53,940 bases of DNA, from contig JAYGCM010000091.1 in the NCBI GenBank assembly GCA_046583355.1, positions 1-53,940 on the forward strand, written 5' to 3'. How positions within the stretch are numbered: position 1 is the first letter of the stretch; every line of letters starts with the position of its first letter. The notes below the pieces were generated by a model. The model worked only from the letters and a program-made list of their open reading frames with translations, made no database searches and was not told where the DNA came from. Origin of the DNA: Deltaproteobacteria bacterium. Lineage in GTDB: Bacteria > Desulfobacterota > Binatia > UBA12015. Positions 18,785 to 30,726 of this stretch are shown piece by piece. The translations under genes and the position numbers were made by a program.

Positions 18785-19726
18785 ATGAGACAGGCATTGG
18801 GAAAAGGAATCGGCGCGCTCATCCCGAACGCGCCTGCACGCCAGCTTCGGCCGGATCCCCGCGCCGGCCTCAATGCGCCGCCACCAGTGGCGATGCCGCA
18901 AGCGCCGAGTGAAGAGACCCCGCGCGGTGACCACGTCCGGATGCTGGAGATCGACAGCATCGTTCCGAATCCGCGCCAGCCGCGCAGCATTTTTTCCGAA
19001 GATGACCTGGCCGACCTGACCCGCTCCATCGTCGAACAGGGCATTCTTCAGCCGATTCTGGTCCGCACCGGCGAGAACGGAAAGTTCGAACTCATTGCAG
19101 GCGAGCGGCGTTGGCGCGCCAGCCAGCGCGCCAACCTCAGCGAGATTCCCGCATTGGTGCGCGAACTGGCCGACGAAGAAAGCCTCGTCGTCGCACTCAT
19201 AGAGAACGTGCAGCGAGCCGACCTCGGACCGATCGAGGAGGCAACCGCCTTCCAGGCATTGATCGACGAATTTGTCCTCACCCAGGACGAGGTCGCCCAG
19301 CGCGTCGGCAAAAGCCGGCCGGCAATCGCCAACAGCTTGCGCCTCCTCAAGCTCCCGGCCGCAACCCAGAAGGAGCTGGAAGCTGGGCGCATCACCGTCG
19401 GCCACGCACGTGCCCTTCTGGGGATCGAAAACGACAAGGCCCGCGAAACGCTGACCGCCGAGATCGTCAACCGGAACCTCTCCGTGCGCGATACCGAGAA
19501 AGCCGCCCGCGCCACGCGGCACGAACCGGCCAAAAGCAAACGCGACCCGGATGTGGTCCTGCTCGAAGACGAGTTGACCCGAGTGCTCGGAACCCCCGTC
19601 GGAATTACGACCCGAGGCAGCGTCGGCAAGGGCAAGGTCGAGATCTCATTTTTCTCCAACGACGACCTCGGCCGATTGAGCGATATCCTGCTTGCGGCAG
19701 GGCGCCGGGCAACCCCGCTGAACTGA
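18785..19726 (+). CDS. parB: Chromosome partitioning CTPase ParB/Spo0J
   Basis: ALGKGIGALI N-terminal peptide, NPRQPR, IAGERRWRA, ENVQR, HTH GKSRPAIANSLRLL, GHARALL. Start at ATG 18785. Confidence 0.97.
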   Translation: MRQALGKGIGALIPNAPARQLRPDPRAGLNAPPPVAMPQAPSEETPRGDHVRMLEIDSIVPNPRQPRSIFSEDDLADLTRSIVEQGILQPILVRTGENGKFELIAGERRWRASQRANLSEIPALVRELADEESLVVALIENVQRADLGPIEEATAFQALIDEFVLTQDEVAQRVGKSRPAIANSLRLLKLPAATQKELEAGRITVGHARALLGIENDKARETLTAEIVNRNLSVRDTEKAARATRHEPAKSKRDPDVVLLEDELTRVLGTPVGITTRGSVGKGKVEISFFSNDDLGRLSDILLAAGRRATPLN

Positions 19727-19792
19727 CAAGCAAGGAGCGGGAACTCTCGTCTGATCCGCACTATAGGCTGCGCTAATAAAGCACCGCCTCTT

Positions 19793-19821
19793 TTGACATC
19801 GGATCTGTTGATTGGTACCCA
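19793..19821 (+). promoter_or_regulatory. Candidate sigma70 promoter for the bactofilin-atp genes
   Basis: TTGACA (19793-98), 17-bp spacer ending TGG, then TACCCA (19816-21); the -10 element is imperfect. Confidence 0.5.
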
Positions 19822-19827
19822 ATTGCG

Positions 19828-19913
19828 TCGGGATTCCGCTACGTTCGGGCTTGAGGGGCGTATGCCCCGCAGCCCGAAAGCGGACTCCCTGCCAGCCTAA
19901 AAGGCTGGCTTTT
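19828..19913 (+). ncRNA. Candidate structured leader or small RNA (long hairpin plus terminator-like hairpin)
   Basis: Nested stems GGGA/TCCC, TCCGCT/AGCGGA, TTCGGGCT/AGCCCGAA, GGGGC/GCCCC (19830-19889), then GCCAGCCT-AAA-AGGCTGGC-TTTT (19891-19913). No known family recognised. Confidence 0.45.
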
Positions 19914-19934
19914 GCAAGGGAAAACGGAAAACCG

Positions 19935-20504
19935 ATGGCTCTCTTCAAGAAGGACCGCACAAGCGCGGCTGGCACTCCGAGCCAGCCTTCTCGGCCCGTC
20001 ACCGCGAGCCAAGCGCATTCCGCTGAGCAACAGAAGGGCGAGCCGATGACCGGGACAGGTACAGCAGCAACGAGAGCGGAACTCGATTCCGGGCGTGAAA
20101 CCGCGCTCCTCGGACGGGGAACCCATATCGCCGGCAAGCTCTCCTTTGAGGGCAAGGTCCGCATAGAGGGCGACGTCGAAGGCGAAATCGTCTGCAACGG
20201 CACGCTCCATATCGGCGAAGCCGCGCTGGTCAACGCACAGATCAACGCCACCAATATCGTGATCCACGGAAAAGTCACCGGGGATATCACCGCGACCAAG
20301 AAACTCGAGATCCGCGCTCCCGGAAAGCTCTTCGGCAACGTAGTCACACCCAGCCTCATCATAGAGGAAGGCGTCGTCTTCGAAGGCCATTGCTCGATGG
20401 GCGCCCGCGAAGAACGCGGCAAGAAGGTTACCCTCTTGGCTGGCGACGAGCAAAACGCTGCGAGAAACGGCGCCGACGCAGCGCGCACGAAGAACCAGGC
20501 TTGA
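19935..20504 (+). CDS. Bactofilin (polymer-forming cytoskeletal protein)
   Basis: LGRGTHIAGKLSFEGKVRIEGDVEGEI...IHGKVTGDI...GNVVTPSLIIEEGVVFEGHCSM; short MALFKK N-terminal peptide. Start at ATG 19935. Confidence 0.92.
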   Translation: MALFKKDRTSAAGTPSQPSRPVTASQAHSAEQQKGEPMTGTGTAATRAELDSGRETALLGRGTHIAGKLSFEGKVRIEGDVEGEIVCNGTLHIGEAALVNAQINATNIVIHGKVTGDITATKKLEIRAPGKLFGNVVTPSLIIEEGVVFEGHCSMGAREERGKKVTLLAGDEQNAARNGADAARTKNQA

Positions 20505-20547
20505 AGCCGGTTCCCGTAACGAAGCAACCAAGGAGTCATGTAGCGAG

Positions 20548-20985
20548 ATGCTCGAAATACCACCCCAGCTTGGGTTCTACGTCGAGATCGTCGTCTTCTT
20601 CCTCTTTGCGGCAATCATCACCCCCCTCATTCTGAAGCCGACGCAGGAAGTCCTGGCCAAACGCGCTGAGAAAACCAGCGGTGCGCAGGCCGAAGCAGAG
20701 AATATGCGCGACGAAGTTGCGCTGATGGCCGACGAATTCGCCAAAGCATTCGCCGAAGCGCGGCGTGCCGGCGCTACCGGTGGCGAGCAGATTCGCCGCG
20801 AAGCCGAGGACGCCGAACGAAAAGTCCTCGACCTCGCGCGGACCGAGGCCCGCAAGACGCTCGACAGCATCCGCGCCGAGATCAGTGCCGAGACCGACCA
20901 GGCGCGGCAGGGACTCGAGAGCCAAGCCGCCGAGCTCGCCCAGGTTGCCGCGCGCAAGATCCTCGGTCGCGAGGTGCAAGCATGA
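20548..20985 (+). CDS. atpF: ATP synthase F0 subunit b'
   Basis: N-terminal TM helix, KP....L..R motif, long charged coiled coil ending KILGR; first of two b-type genes. Confidence 0.85.
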   Translation: MLEIPPQLGFYVEIVVFFLFAAIITPLILKPTQEVLAKRAEKTSGAQAEAENMRDEVALMADEFAKAFAEARRAGATGGEQIRREAEDAERKVLDLARTEARKTLDSIRAEISAETDQARQGLESQAAELAQVAARKILGREVQA

Positions 20986-21551
20986 TCCGACTGGCAGCCC
21001 AGGTCTTCGCGCTGACAATGCTCAGCGCTGTACCGGCTCTCGCCGAAGGAGATGGCGGCCACCACGAGCCGCAATGGTCCCTCACGCTCTTCGGTTTCGT
21101 CAATTTCGCGATCTTCCTCTTCATTCTGAAGAAATTCGCCTGGCCGCTCGTGGTCGATTACCTGCAAAGCCGCCACCTGGAGACGTTGCAGGCATTGGAG
21201 GCCGCCGCCACAGCAAAGCGCGAAGCCCAGGAAATGAAAGCCGACTTCGAGCGAAAAATGGCATCCTTGGAAAGCGAAACCGCCAAGGCCCGCGAAGAAT
21301 TGCTCGCCATCGCGCGCAACGAGGCCGCCAAAGTGGTGGCGCATGCCGAGGCAACCGCCGAGCGCCTGAAAAAAGACGCCGTGCTCCTGGCCAACCAGGA
21401 AGTCGCCCGTGCGCAACGCATTCTACAGCAAGAAAGCGCCCAGCTGATCGCCAAGATCGCCGGCGAGCTGGTCAGCAAAGACATTACGGATGACGACCAA
21501 AAACGCTTCGTCGATGAGTTCGTGAAAGAAAGCGCGGAGGCGGCATCATGA
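20982..21551 (+). CDS. atpF: ATP synthase F0 subunit b
   Basis: NFAIFLFILKKFAWP TM segment, coiled coil, DDQKRFVDEF C-terminus. Confidence 0.9.
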   Translation: MIRLAAQVFALTMLSAVPALAEGDGGHHEPQWSLTLFGFVNFAIFLFILKKFAWPLVVDYLQSRHLETLQALEAAATAKREAQEMKADFERKMASLESETAKAREELLAIARNEAAKVVAHAEATAERLKKDAVLLANQEVARAQRILQQESAQLIAKIAGELVSKDITDDDQKRFVDEFVKESAEAAS

Positions 21552-22096
21552 ACGGCGGTCTCGACAAACGCTATGCACGCGCCTTGGCCGGCGCGGCGCG
21601 CTCTGCCGGCCGAATCGAAGAAGTCGCCGACGAACTGGCCGCTGCCGCCCGCTGGCTGTTGAATGCTGAGCTGGCCGCCGCCTTGGCCTCGCCGACAATC
21701 CCGCACACGACCCGAGCAAGCCTGCTTGCCGAACTCGGCAAAGCTCTCGATCTCTCGGATCTGACCCGGAACTTCCTCTCTCTTCTGGTGGAAAACCACC
21801 GCATCGGGGAGATTCAGGGAATCGAACTTGCCTACCAGACCCTGGTAGACCACGAACTCGGTCGCGTCCGCGCGACCCTGCATACCGCCCGCCCGCTGCC
21901 CGAGGCGAGCACCGAAGAAATCCGCAAAGGGCTGTCCAAAGCCCATGGCCTGGAAGTGCTCCTGAGCGCCGAAACCGACGAGTCCCTGATCGGTGGCGTG
22001 ACGGTCGAAATCCAAGGCCGAGTCTATGACGGCAGCGTATCCACGCAGCTCGTCGAATTGGCGCGTACCCTCACCCGAGGAGAGAGCGCCAGCTGA
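21548..22096 (+). CDS. atpH: ATP synthase F1 subunit delta
   Basis: [25 protein letters not shown]...GRVYDGSV. Confidence 0.93.
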   Translation: MNGGLDKRYARALAGAARSAGRIEEVADELAAAARWLLNAELAAALASPTIPHTTRASLLAELGKALDLSDLTRNFLSLLVENHRIGEIQGIELAYQTLVDHELGRVRATLHTARPLPEASTEEIRKGLSKAHGLEVLLSAETDESLIGGVTVEIQGRVYDGSVSTQLVELARTLTRGESAS

Positions 22097-22166
22097 CCCC
22101 GAACGCATCGGCTCGCCGCATAGCGCTAGGGCCGCTTCATCACAGGTAACCAAGGAGAATCACGAG

Positions 22167-23675
<1,509 letters not shown>

Positions 23676-23676
23676 G

Positions 23677-24546
23677 ATGCCGAGCCTGAAGGCCATCCGT
23701 AAGCGCGTAGCTACGGTCAAAAGCACTCAGCAAATCACCAAAGCGATGCAAATGGTTGCGGCGGCGAAGCTGCGCCGCGCTCAGGAAGCCGCCGTAGCGT
23801 CGCGTCCCTATGGTGAGAAGCTGCAAGGCATGGTGCACCATCTGCTCGGCCGAGAGGCAGGCGCGGGCATGCATCCCCTGATGCAGATCCCTGCAACAAG
23901 CAAACGCATGCTGGTGGTTTTCGTGACCAGCGACCGCGGTCTTTGCGGTGGCTACAACGCGAATCTATGGCGTGACCTCAAGACCTTCACGGCCGGTCGC
24001 AGCGAAGAGATCTCGTATTTTGTCGTTGGCCGCAAAGGCAACGACACCCTCAAAAACGCCGGTATCGAGACTCGCGACTTCGTCAATATGCCCGCCGTCA
24101 AGGATGCTCCGGAAGTCGCGCGGGACATCTCCCTGCGAGTGCAGCGCCTCTTCATGGAGGGCGAGTACGACGATATCCGGATTGTCTACTCTGCATTCAA
24201 ATCCGCCATGACGCAGACGCCGACGATCGAAGAATTACTGCCTCTGCGCAAGGCCGAAACAGACGACCCAACCACGCAAAGCGGTCACGATTACGTATTT
24301 GAACCAGGGGCGATGTGGATCATCGCCACCCTTCTGCCGCGTCTCATCGAAGTCCAGATTCTGCACGCGCTTCTCGAAGCAGGTGCAAGCGAGCTCGCCG
24401 CCCGCATGACGGCGATGGATTCGGCCACACGCAATGCATCGGAAATGATCGAGCGACTCACGCTTCAAATGAACCGCGCCCGCCAGGCGCAGATCACCAC
24501 GGAACTGATGGAGATCATCAGCGGAGCTGAGGCTCTAAAGGGTTAG
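23677..24546 (+). CDS. atpG: ATP synthase F1 subunit gamma
   Basis: QITKAMQMVAAAKL, SDRGLCGGYN, NRARQAQITTELMEIISGAEAL. Confidence 0.98.
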   Translation: MPSLKAIRKRVATVKSTQQITKAMQMVAAAKLRRAQEAAVASRPYGEKLQGMVHHLLGREAGAGMHPLMQIPATSKRMLVVFVTSDRGLCGGYNANLWRDLKTFTAGRSEEISYFVVGRKGNDTLKNAGIETRDFVNMPAVKDAPEVARDISLRVQRLFMEGEYDDIRIVYSAFKSAMTQTPTIEELLPLRKAETDDPTTQSGHDYVFEPGAMWIIATLLPRLIEVQILHALLEAGASELAARMTAMDSATRNASEMIERLTLQMNRARQAQITTELMEIISGAEALKG

Positions 24547-25977
<1,431 letters not shown>

Positions 25978-25992
25978 GCGGAGATTTCTGCC

Positions 25993-26385
25993 ATGCGCCT
26001 ACAAATCGTGACACCGGATAGGGCCGTCCTCGACTGCGAAGTCGAGGAGGTCTATGCGCCGGGAACCAACGGTGAATTCGGCATCTTGCCGGAACACATC
26101 ACCTTTCTCTCGTCCCTCGATGTGGGTGCGTTGCGCTATCGTATCGCGGGCAAGGACGAGTTTGTCGCCGTATCCGGTGGTGTCACCGAAGTCCTGGACG
26201 ATAGCGTGACGGTTCTCGCCGACACAGCCGAGAAGAGCGCGGCGATTGATATCGAGCGGGCCAAAGTAGCTGCTACTGCCGCAGAGGCCGCGATGGAAAA
26301 GCACGAACTTGGCAGTATCGAATACGAAGAGGCCGCCGCTGCCCTGCGCCGTGCGCAGAACCGCACAGCCGTCGCCGCCCTCTGA
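25993..26385 (+). CDS. atpC: ATP synthase F1 subunit epsilon
   Basis: LQIVTPD, PGTNGEFGILPEH, VSGG, IDIERA. Confidence 0.96.
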   Translation: MRLQIVTPDRAVLDCEVEEVYAPGTNGEFGILPEHITFLSSLDVGALRYRIAGKDEFVAVSGGVTEVLDDSVTVLADTAEKSAAIDIERAKVAATAAEAAMEKHELGSIEYEEAAAALRRAQNRTAVAAL

Positions 26386-26397
26386 ACCCGGGAGCCT

Positions 26398-28167
26398 ATG
26401 AAGCAAAGGCGTATCGCGACCACGGCTGGGTCTGTACTTCGCCCAGCCGTTGTCATTCTGATTAGCCTGATCGTATTCGGCGCGAGCGCTCGCACGTCCT
26501 TGGCAGTGCCTGCGCCCGAAGTCCTTGTCCTGCTGCGCGAAAGCATCGGGCGCGATGCGGATCTCCATAGCGCGCGCATCGACCTCGCCACATTGGAGCA
26601 GCTCGAACGCATAGCCGACACGCGACTCGTACCGCTCGGCGTGGCGAGCGATGGTGCGCAGATCCTGAAGCTGCCCACCGTAGACGGCGCCCGCGCGATC
26701 GCAGAGATTCTCTCTCGCCTGCGAGCGCATCGCGACGTTCTTTATGCAGATATCCGGCCGACCGCGAAACGATCGGCGACTGCCTTCACAGGCGCCGCTT
26801 TCGTGGCCGAACAACGCCTGGACCGGATCGTCGTACTCTTCGCCGACCCGGCTCTCCGTGACCTCTCGGATTCCGGCGGCTCTTTGCCCAGAGAGAAGGT
26901 CAGCGAGATCATTGGCCTGGCCGGATTGTCGCTCTATGTAGAGCGGCCGATGTCGGGCGGGGCCTGGGTGCTGCGACTGCTGCAACGCATGCCGGCCTCA
27001 TCGGTTGCGACGGCCGCGGCCCGGCTGCAAGCCGATGCGTCGATCACTTGGGCCGAACCTGCCGTGCGCGGCCGCTTCCAGAACCTGCCCAACGACCCTT
27101 CGTTCCCCGAACAATGGGCCCTGACCGATCGCGAAGCCGGTATTGACGCACCCGGAGCATGGGAGATCACTACGGGCTCGCCCGAAATCATCGTTGCCAT
27201 TCTGGATTCCGGCATCCGACGAAAGCACCCGGACCTGCAAGCGCGGCTACTGCCCGGGGCAGATTTTGTAAGCGACAAATGGCGCTCGGGCGACCTCGAC
27301 CCGCGCGACCTCGACCCCGAAGACCCGGGCGACGCCGCGCGCCGCGGCGAATGCTCGCCGAGCGCAGCCGCTTCTTCCTCAACCTGGCATGGCACGCATG
27401 TCGCCGGCACCATCGGCGCGGCAACCGACAATCGCGAGGGCATCGCCGGCGTCGACTGGCACGCCCGGCTTTTGCCCATCCGGGTCGGGGCCAAATGCGG
27501 GATCGATCCCATCGACCTGGCCGACGCGATCCGCTGGGCCGCTGGTGTGGGGCCCAAAGATAACCGGACCATACCGGGACCCAACCCCGATGCCGCCCAT
27601 ATCCTCAATATCAGCATCGGTTTTCCCGGTAGCTGCCCGGCCTATATGCAAGCCGCGATCAACGATGCTCTGGCGGCCGGCGCGTTGGTGGTCGTCGCCG
27701 CCGGCAATGACGGCCAACCGGCACAGGACGTGTACCCGGCGAGCTGCCATGGCGTGCTCTCGGTTTACGCCACCGACCGGCGCGGGCGACGCACGCCCTA
27801 CTCGAATTTCGGCCGCGTCCATCTCGCTGCACCCGGCGGTAGCGCCGGCGGTTGGTCCGCAGACCAGATTCTCTCCACCGACAACCGCGGCGAAACGCGG
27901 CCGACCAGCGACCATTACGGCTACAAGGTCGGCACCAGCATGGCGGCACCGCATGTGGCCGGCGTCGCTGCACTTCTCCTGGCGGCCAACCCTGAGCTTC
28001 GGCCCGGCCAGCTCATCAATATATTGATGGAGACAGCGCGCCCATTTCCGGCCGCCGGCGCCGGGAGTTGTAGCTCGCTCGGAGCGCGCTCCTGTGGAGC
28101 GGGCATCCTCGATGCTGCGGCAGCGGCGCGCCGTGCGAAACGCAGCGCCGCACCGCAGCGAGACTGA
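26398..28167 (+). CDS. Subtilisin-like S8 serine peptidase with N-terminal signal/anchor and long propeptide
   Basis: Catalytic motifs VAILDSG, WHGTHVAGTI, VAAGN, GTSMAAPHVAG; hydrophobic N-terminus. Confidence 0.92.
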   Translation: MKQRRIATTAGSVLRPAVVILISLIVFGASARTSLAVPAPEVLVLLRESIGRDADLHSARIDLATLEQLERIADTRLVPLGVASDGAQILKLPTVDGARAIAEILSRLRAHRDVLYADIRPTAKRSATAFTGAAFVAEQRLDRIVVLFADPALRDLSDSGGSLPREKVSEIIGLAGLSLYVERPMSGGAWVLRLLQRMPASSVATAAARLQADASITWAEPAVRGRFQNLPNDPSFPEQWALTDREAGIDAPGAWEITTGSPEIIVAILDSGIRRKHPDLQARLLPGADFVSDKWRSGDLDPRDLDPEDPGDAARRGECSPSAAASSSTWHGTHVAGTIGAATDNREGIAGVDWHARLLPIRVGAKCGIDPIDLADAIRWAAGVGPKDNRTIPGPNPDAAHILNISIGFPGSCPAYMQAAINDALAAGALVVVAAGNDGQPAQDVYPASCHGVLSVYATDRRGRRTPYSNFGRVHLAAPGGSAGGWSADQILSTDNRGETRPTSDHYGYKVGTSMAAPHVAGVAALLLAANPELRPGQLINILMETARPFPAAGAGSCSSLGARSCGAGILDAAAAARRAKRSAAPQRD

Positions 28168-29283
28168 TCAGGAAGCCGCGCGTCGCGAGCTTGCCAGAGA
28201 GAATTCGATCTCTTCGGCGTCCTCGTGCCAATCGACCCAGACATGCTCACCGCCGCGGAGCTGATCCGAGGCATAGAGGCGCGCCAGCGGGAATACGAGA
28301 CGGTGCTCGAGAACCCGCTTCAGGGGCCGTGCACCCAGTTCAGGATCCGTTCCTTCCTCAAGAATCCGCGCGATCGCGCGATCCGTATAGGTGAACTCGA
28401 CCGCCTCACCGCGACGCGACAGGCGGTTCTCGATCTTGCGCAATTCCAAGTCGAGAATCCGGCTGAGCTCCGGCGTCGTCAGGCGCTGGAAGACCACCTT
28501 ATGATCCAGGCGATTCAGGAACTCCGGCGCAAAGGTTCGCTTCGCACTCCACAGCACGGCGTCCTCAATCCGCTGATCCAGATTTTCTTCAGATTCGGTC
28601 GATTCCTGCACAAAGCCCATATTCGGCGCGAGAATATCGCTCACGGAACGACTCCCGATATTACTCGTGAGGAAGATGAAGCAACGCGAGAGGTCGACTT
28701 CCTTGTTCGTACCCAGGGTGAGGCGTCCCTTATCGAGCATCCCCAAAAGCAGCTGCCAAAGGGAGTCATTTGCCTTCTCAATCTCATCGAAGAGAATCAG
28801 CGTGAACGGGCATTCCGGCGTCTGGTGCCGCGTGATATTGGCTGTCGAGAGGTAGGGATTGGTCTCCTGATGACCCAAATAGCCCGGAGGCGAACCGATC
28901 AGGCGTGCGATTTCATGGCTGTGGCTGAACTCGGCACAATCGATCTTGAGCATCGACTTGCGGTCGCCAAAACAGGTCTCGGCAATCGACTCGACGAGGT
29001 TCGTCTTGCCCGTGCCCGTAGGGCCGAGGAAAAGAAACGAGCCAAGCGGCCGCTCGGAGCTTGCCAACCCGGCGCGGTAAATCTGGAAGGCCTGCGTCAC
29101 CGACTCCACTGCGGGCGATTGTCCGATCACCTTATCCGCGAGAGATTTGCGAAAACTTTCGAGCTCGCTTCCGAGGCAATCCGGTTTAAGAACGTCTGAC
29201 TCACGGCGCCGCCTGGGGGCTGCGCGAAGTCGCTCTCGGGTCACCACCGTAGCCGTGCCCGTAGTCGCTGCCGTGTTGTTCAT
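28168..29283 (-). CDS. Stand-alone AAA+ ATPase corresponding to the ClpA/B/C second (D2) module
   Basis: VIGQ, RPLGSFLFLGPTGTGKT, GSPPGYLG, LFDEIEKA, TSN, PEFLNRLD, GARPLKR. Start uncertain (ATG 29283 or TTG 29334). Confidence 0.88.
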   Translation of the reverse strand: MNNTAATTGTATVVTRERLRAAPRRRRESDVLKPDCLGSELESFRKSLADKVIGQSPAVESVTQAFQIYRAGLASSERPLGSFLFLGPTGTGKTNLVESIAETCFGDRKSMLKIDCAEFSHSHEIARLIGSPPGYLGHQETNPYLSTANITRHQTPECPFTLILFDEIEKANDSLWQLLLGMLDKGRLTLGTNKEVDLSRCFIFLTSNIGSRSVSDILAPNMGFVQESTESEENLDQRIEDAVLWSAKRTFAPEFLNRLDHKVVFQRLTTPELSRILDLELRKIENRLSRRGEAVEFTYTDRAIARILEEGTDPELGARPLKRVLEHRLVFPLARLYASDQLRGGEHVWVDWHEDAEEIEFSLASSRRAAS

Positions 29284-29434
29284 CACCAAGTTTATCGGTC
29301 CGGCGGGAAAACGCCTTGAGGCGGACTCCGACAAAGCTGAAAACCGTTGAGTTTTGCGGGCTTCTTGAGGTTCCTACCCATGCGCGAGCGGACCAGAGAT
29401 GGCAGATCTGCTCGGGCGGCATCGTTCAAGAATA

Positions 29435-29450
29435 GGCATTGCGAATGCCA
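29435..29450 (-). promoter_or_regulatory. sigma54 (-24/-12) type promoter upstream of the AAA+ gene
   Basis: Minus strand reads TTTTGGCATTCGCAATGCC (GG-N10-GC); the core is palindromic. Confidence 0.55.
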
Positions 29451-29620
29451 AAACAAATGACTAAATAATGCCCACGCGAAACGGCGTTTCGCGACTGACT
29501 TTCGGCCGAATCCCCAGGCCCGAGGCCGGATGCGAGCCGCCAGGCTCCTCCCCCTCAGAGAAAGACCAGTGTTTCCGGGGGTAAATTGCCCTCGCCCATG
29601 CAAAACGGAGATTCCCAAGG

Positions 29621-30712
29621 ATGTTCGATCTCGAATTGACGGAAGAGCAGGTGCTCATCCGCGAAACAATCGCGGCCTTCGCCGGCGACAAGGTCCGGCC
29701 GATCGCTCGTGAATGCGATGAAAAGGGAGAGATCCCGCAGGATGTAGTCCAATTGGGCTTCGATCTCGGCTTGGTCCAATCGGCAATTCCCGAGGACCAG
29801 GGCGGTTTCGGCGAGGACCGATCAGCCGTCACCGGCTGTATCGTCGCCGAAGAGCTCGGCTTCGGTGATCTTTCCATCGCGCTCCACCTGCTGGCCCCGC
29901 GGCTGGTCGCCTACCCGCTGATCGATCACGGCACGGCAGCCCAGAAAGAGAAATATCTTCCGGCCTTTGCCGAATCCTTCCGCTCGGCGACCGCCGCGAT
30001 CGTCGAACCGAGATTTGATTTCGATCCGATGAACCCGGCCACCACGGCACGCCGCGAGAACGGCTCCTGGGTCCTGGACGGCGAAAAATGCTTCGTGCCA
30101 CTGGCCGCAGACGCCGACCTCTTCCTCGTCACGGCCAAAGCCGACGACCGGGTCACGGCGTTTCTCGTCGAGCGCGGCACCGAAGGCCTCAAGGTCGGCG
30201 AACGCGAGAAGAATATGGGCATCAAGGCTCTCTCGACCGGCACGATCACCTTGGCCGGCGCCCGCGTGCCTGCCGAGAACGAGATCGGTGGCGGCGACTC
30301 CTTCGATATCGCCCGCATGACCAACCAAGGGCGCATCGCCCTGGGCGCTCTGGCCGTTGGTGTCGCCAAATCTGCCTACAAATTTGCCCTCGACTACGCC
30401 AAGGACCGTACCGCCTTCGGTGTGCCGATCGCCCAGAAGCAGGCGGTTGCCTTTATTCTGGCCGATATGGCCATCGAAGTGGACGCCGCCCGGCTGCTTC
30501 TCTGGGAGGCCGCCGCCAAACTCGATAACGGCCAGGATGCCACGCGCGAGGCCTTTCTCGCCAAGCGCTACGCCTCTGCTGCCTGTCTCAAGACTACCGA
30601 CGACGCCGTTCAGGTCCTTGGTGGCCACGGCTATATCCGCGATTTCCCCGTCGAACTCTGGCTGCGCAACGCGCGCGGTTTCTCGAGCTTCGAAGGCCTC
30701 GCCCTCGTTTAG
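29621..30712 (+). CDS. Acyl-CoA dehydrogenase family protein (short C-terminus, FadE24-like subunit)
   Basis: EELGFGD, LDGEKCFV, YAKDRTAFGVPI, VQVLGGHGYIRDFPVELWLR. Confidence 0.9.
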   Translation: MFDLELTEEQVLIRETIAAFAGDKVRPIARECDEKGEIPQDVVQLGFDLGLVQSAIPEDQGGFGEDRSAVTGCIVAEELGFGDLSIALHLLAPRLVAYPLIDHGTAAQKEKYLPAFAESFRSATAAIVEPRFDFDPMNPATTARRENGSWVLDGEKCFVPLAADADLFLVTAKADDRVTAFLVERGTEGLKVGEREKNMGIKALSTGTITLAGARVPAENEIGGGDSFDIARMTNQGRIALGALAVGVAKSAYKFALDYAKDRTAFGVPIAQKQAVAFILADMAIEVDAARLLLWEAAAKLDNGQDATREAFLAKRYASAACLKTTDDAVQVLGGHGYIRDFPVELWLRNARGFSSFEGLALV

Positions 30713-30726
30713 GAAGGAGCTCCAAT

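Noticed and set aside
26398..29334. S8 protease plus AAA ATPase as an IetAS-type toxin-antitoxin/defence pair
   Set aside because: The genes are convergent, the protease has an export signal and propeptide, and the ATPase is Clp-D2 type.
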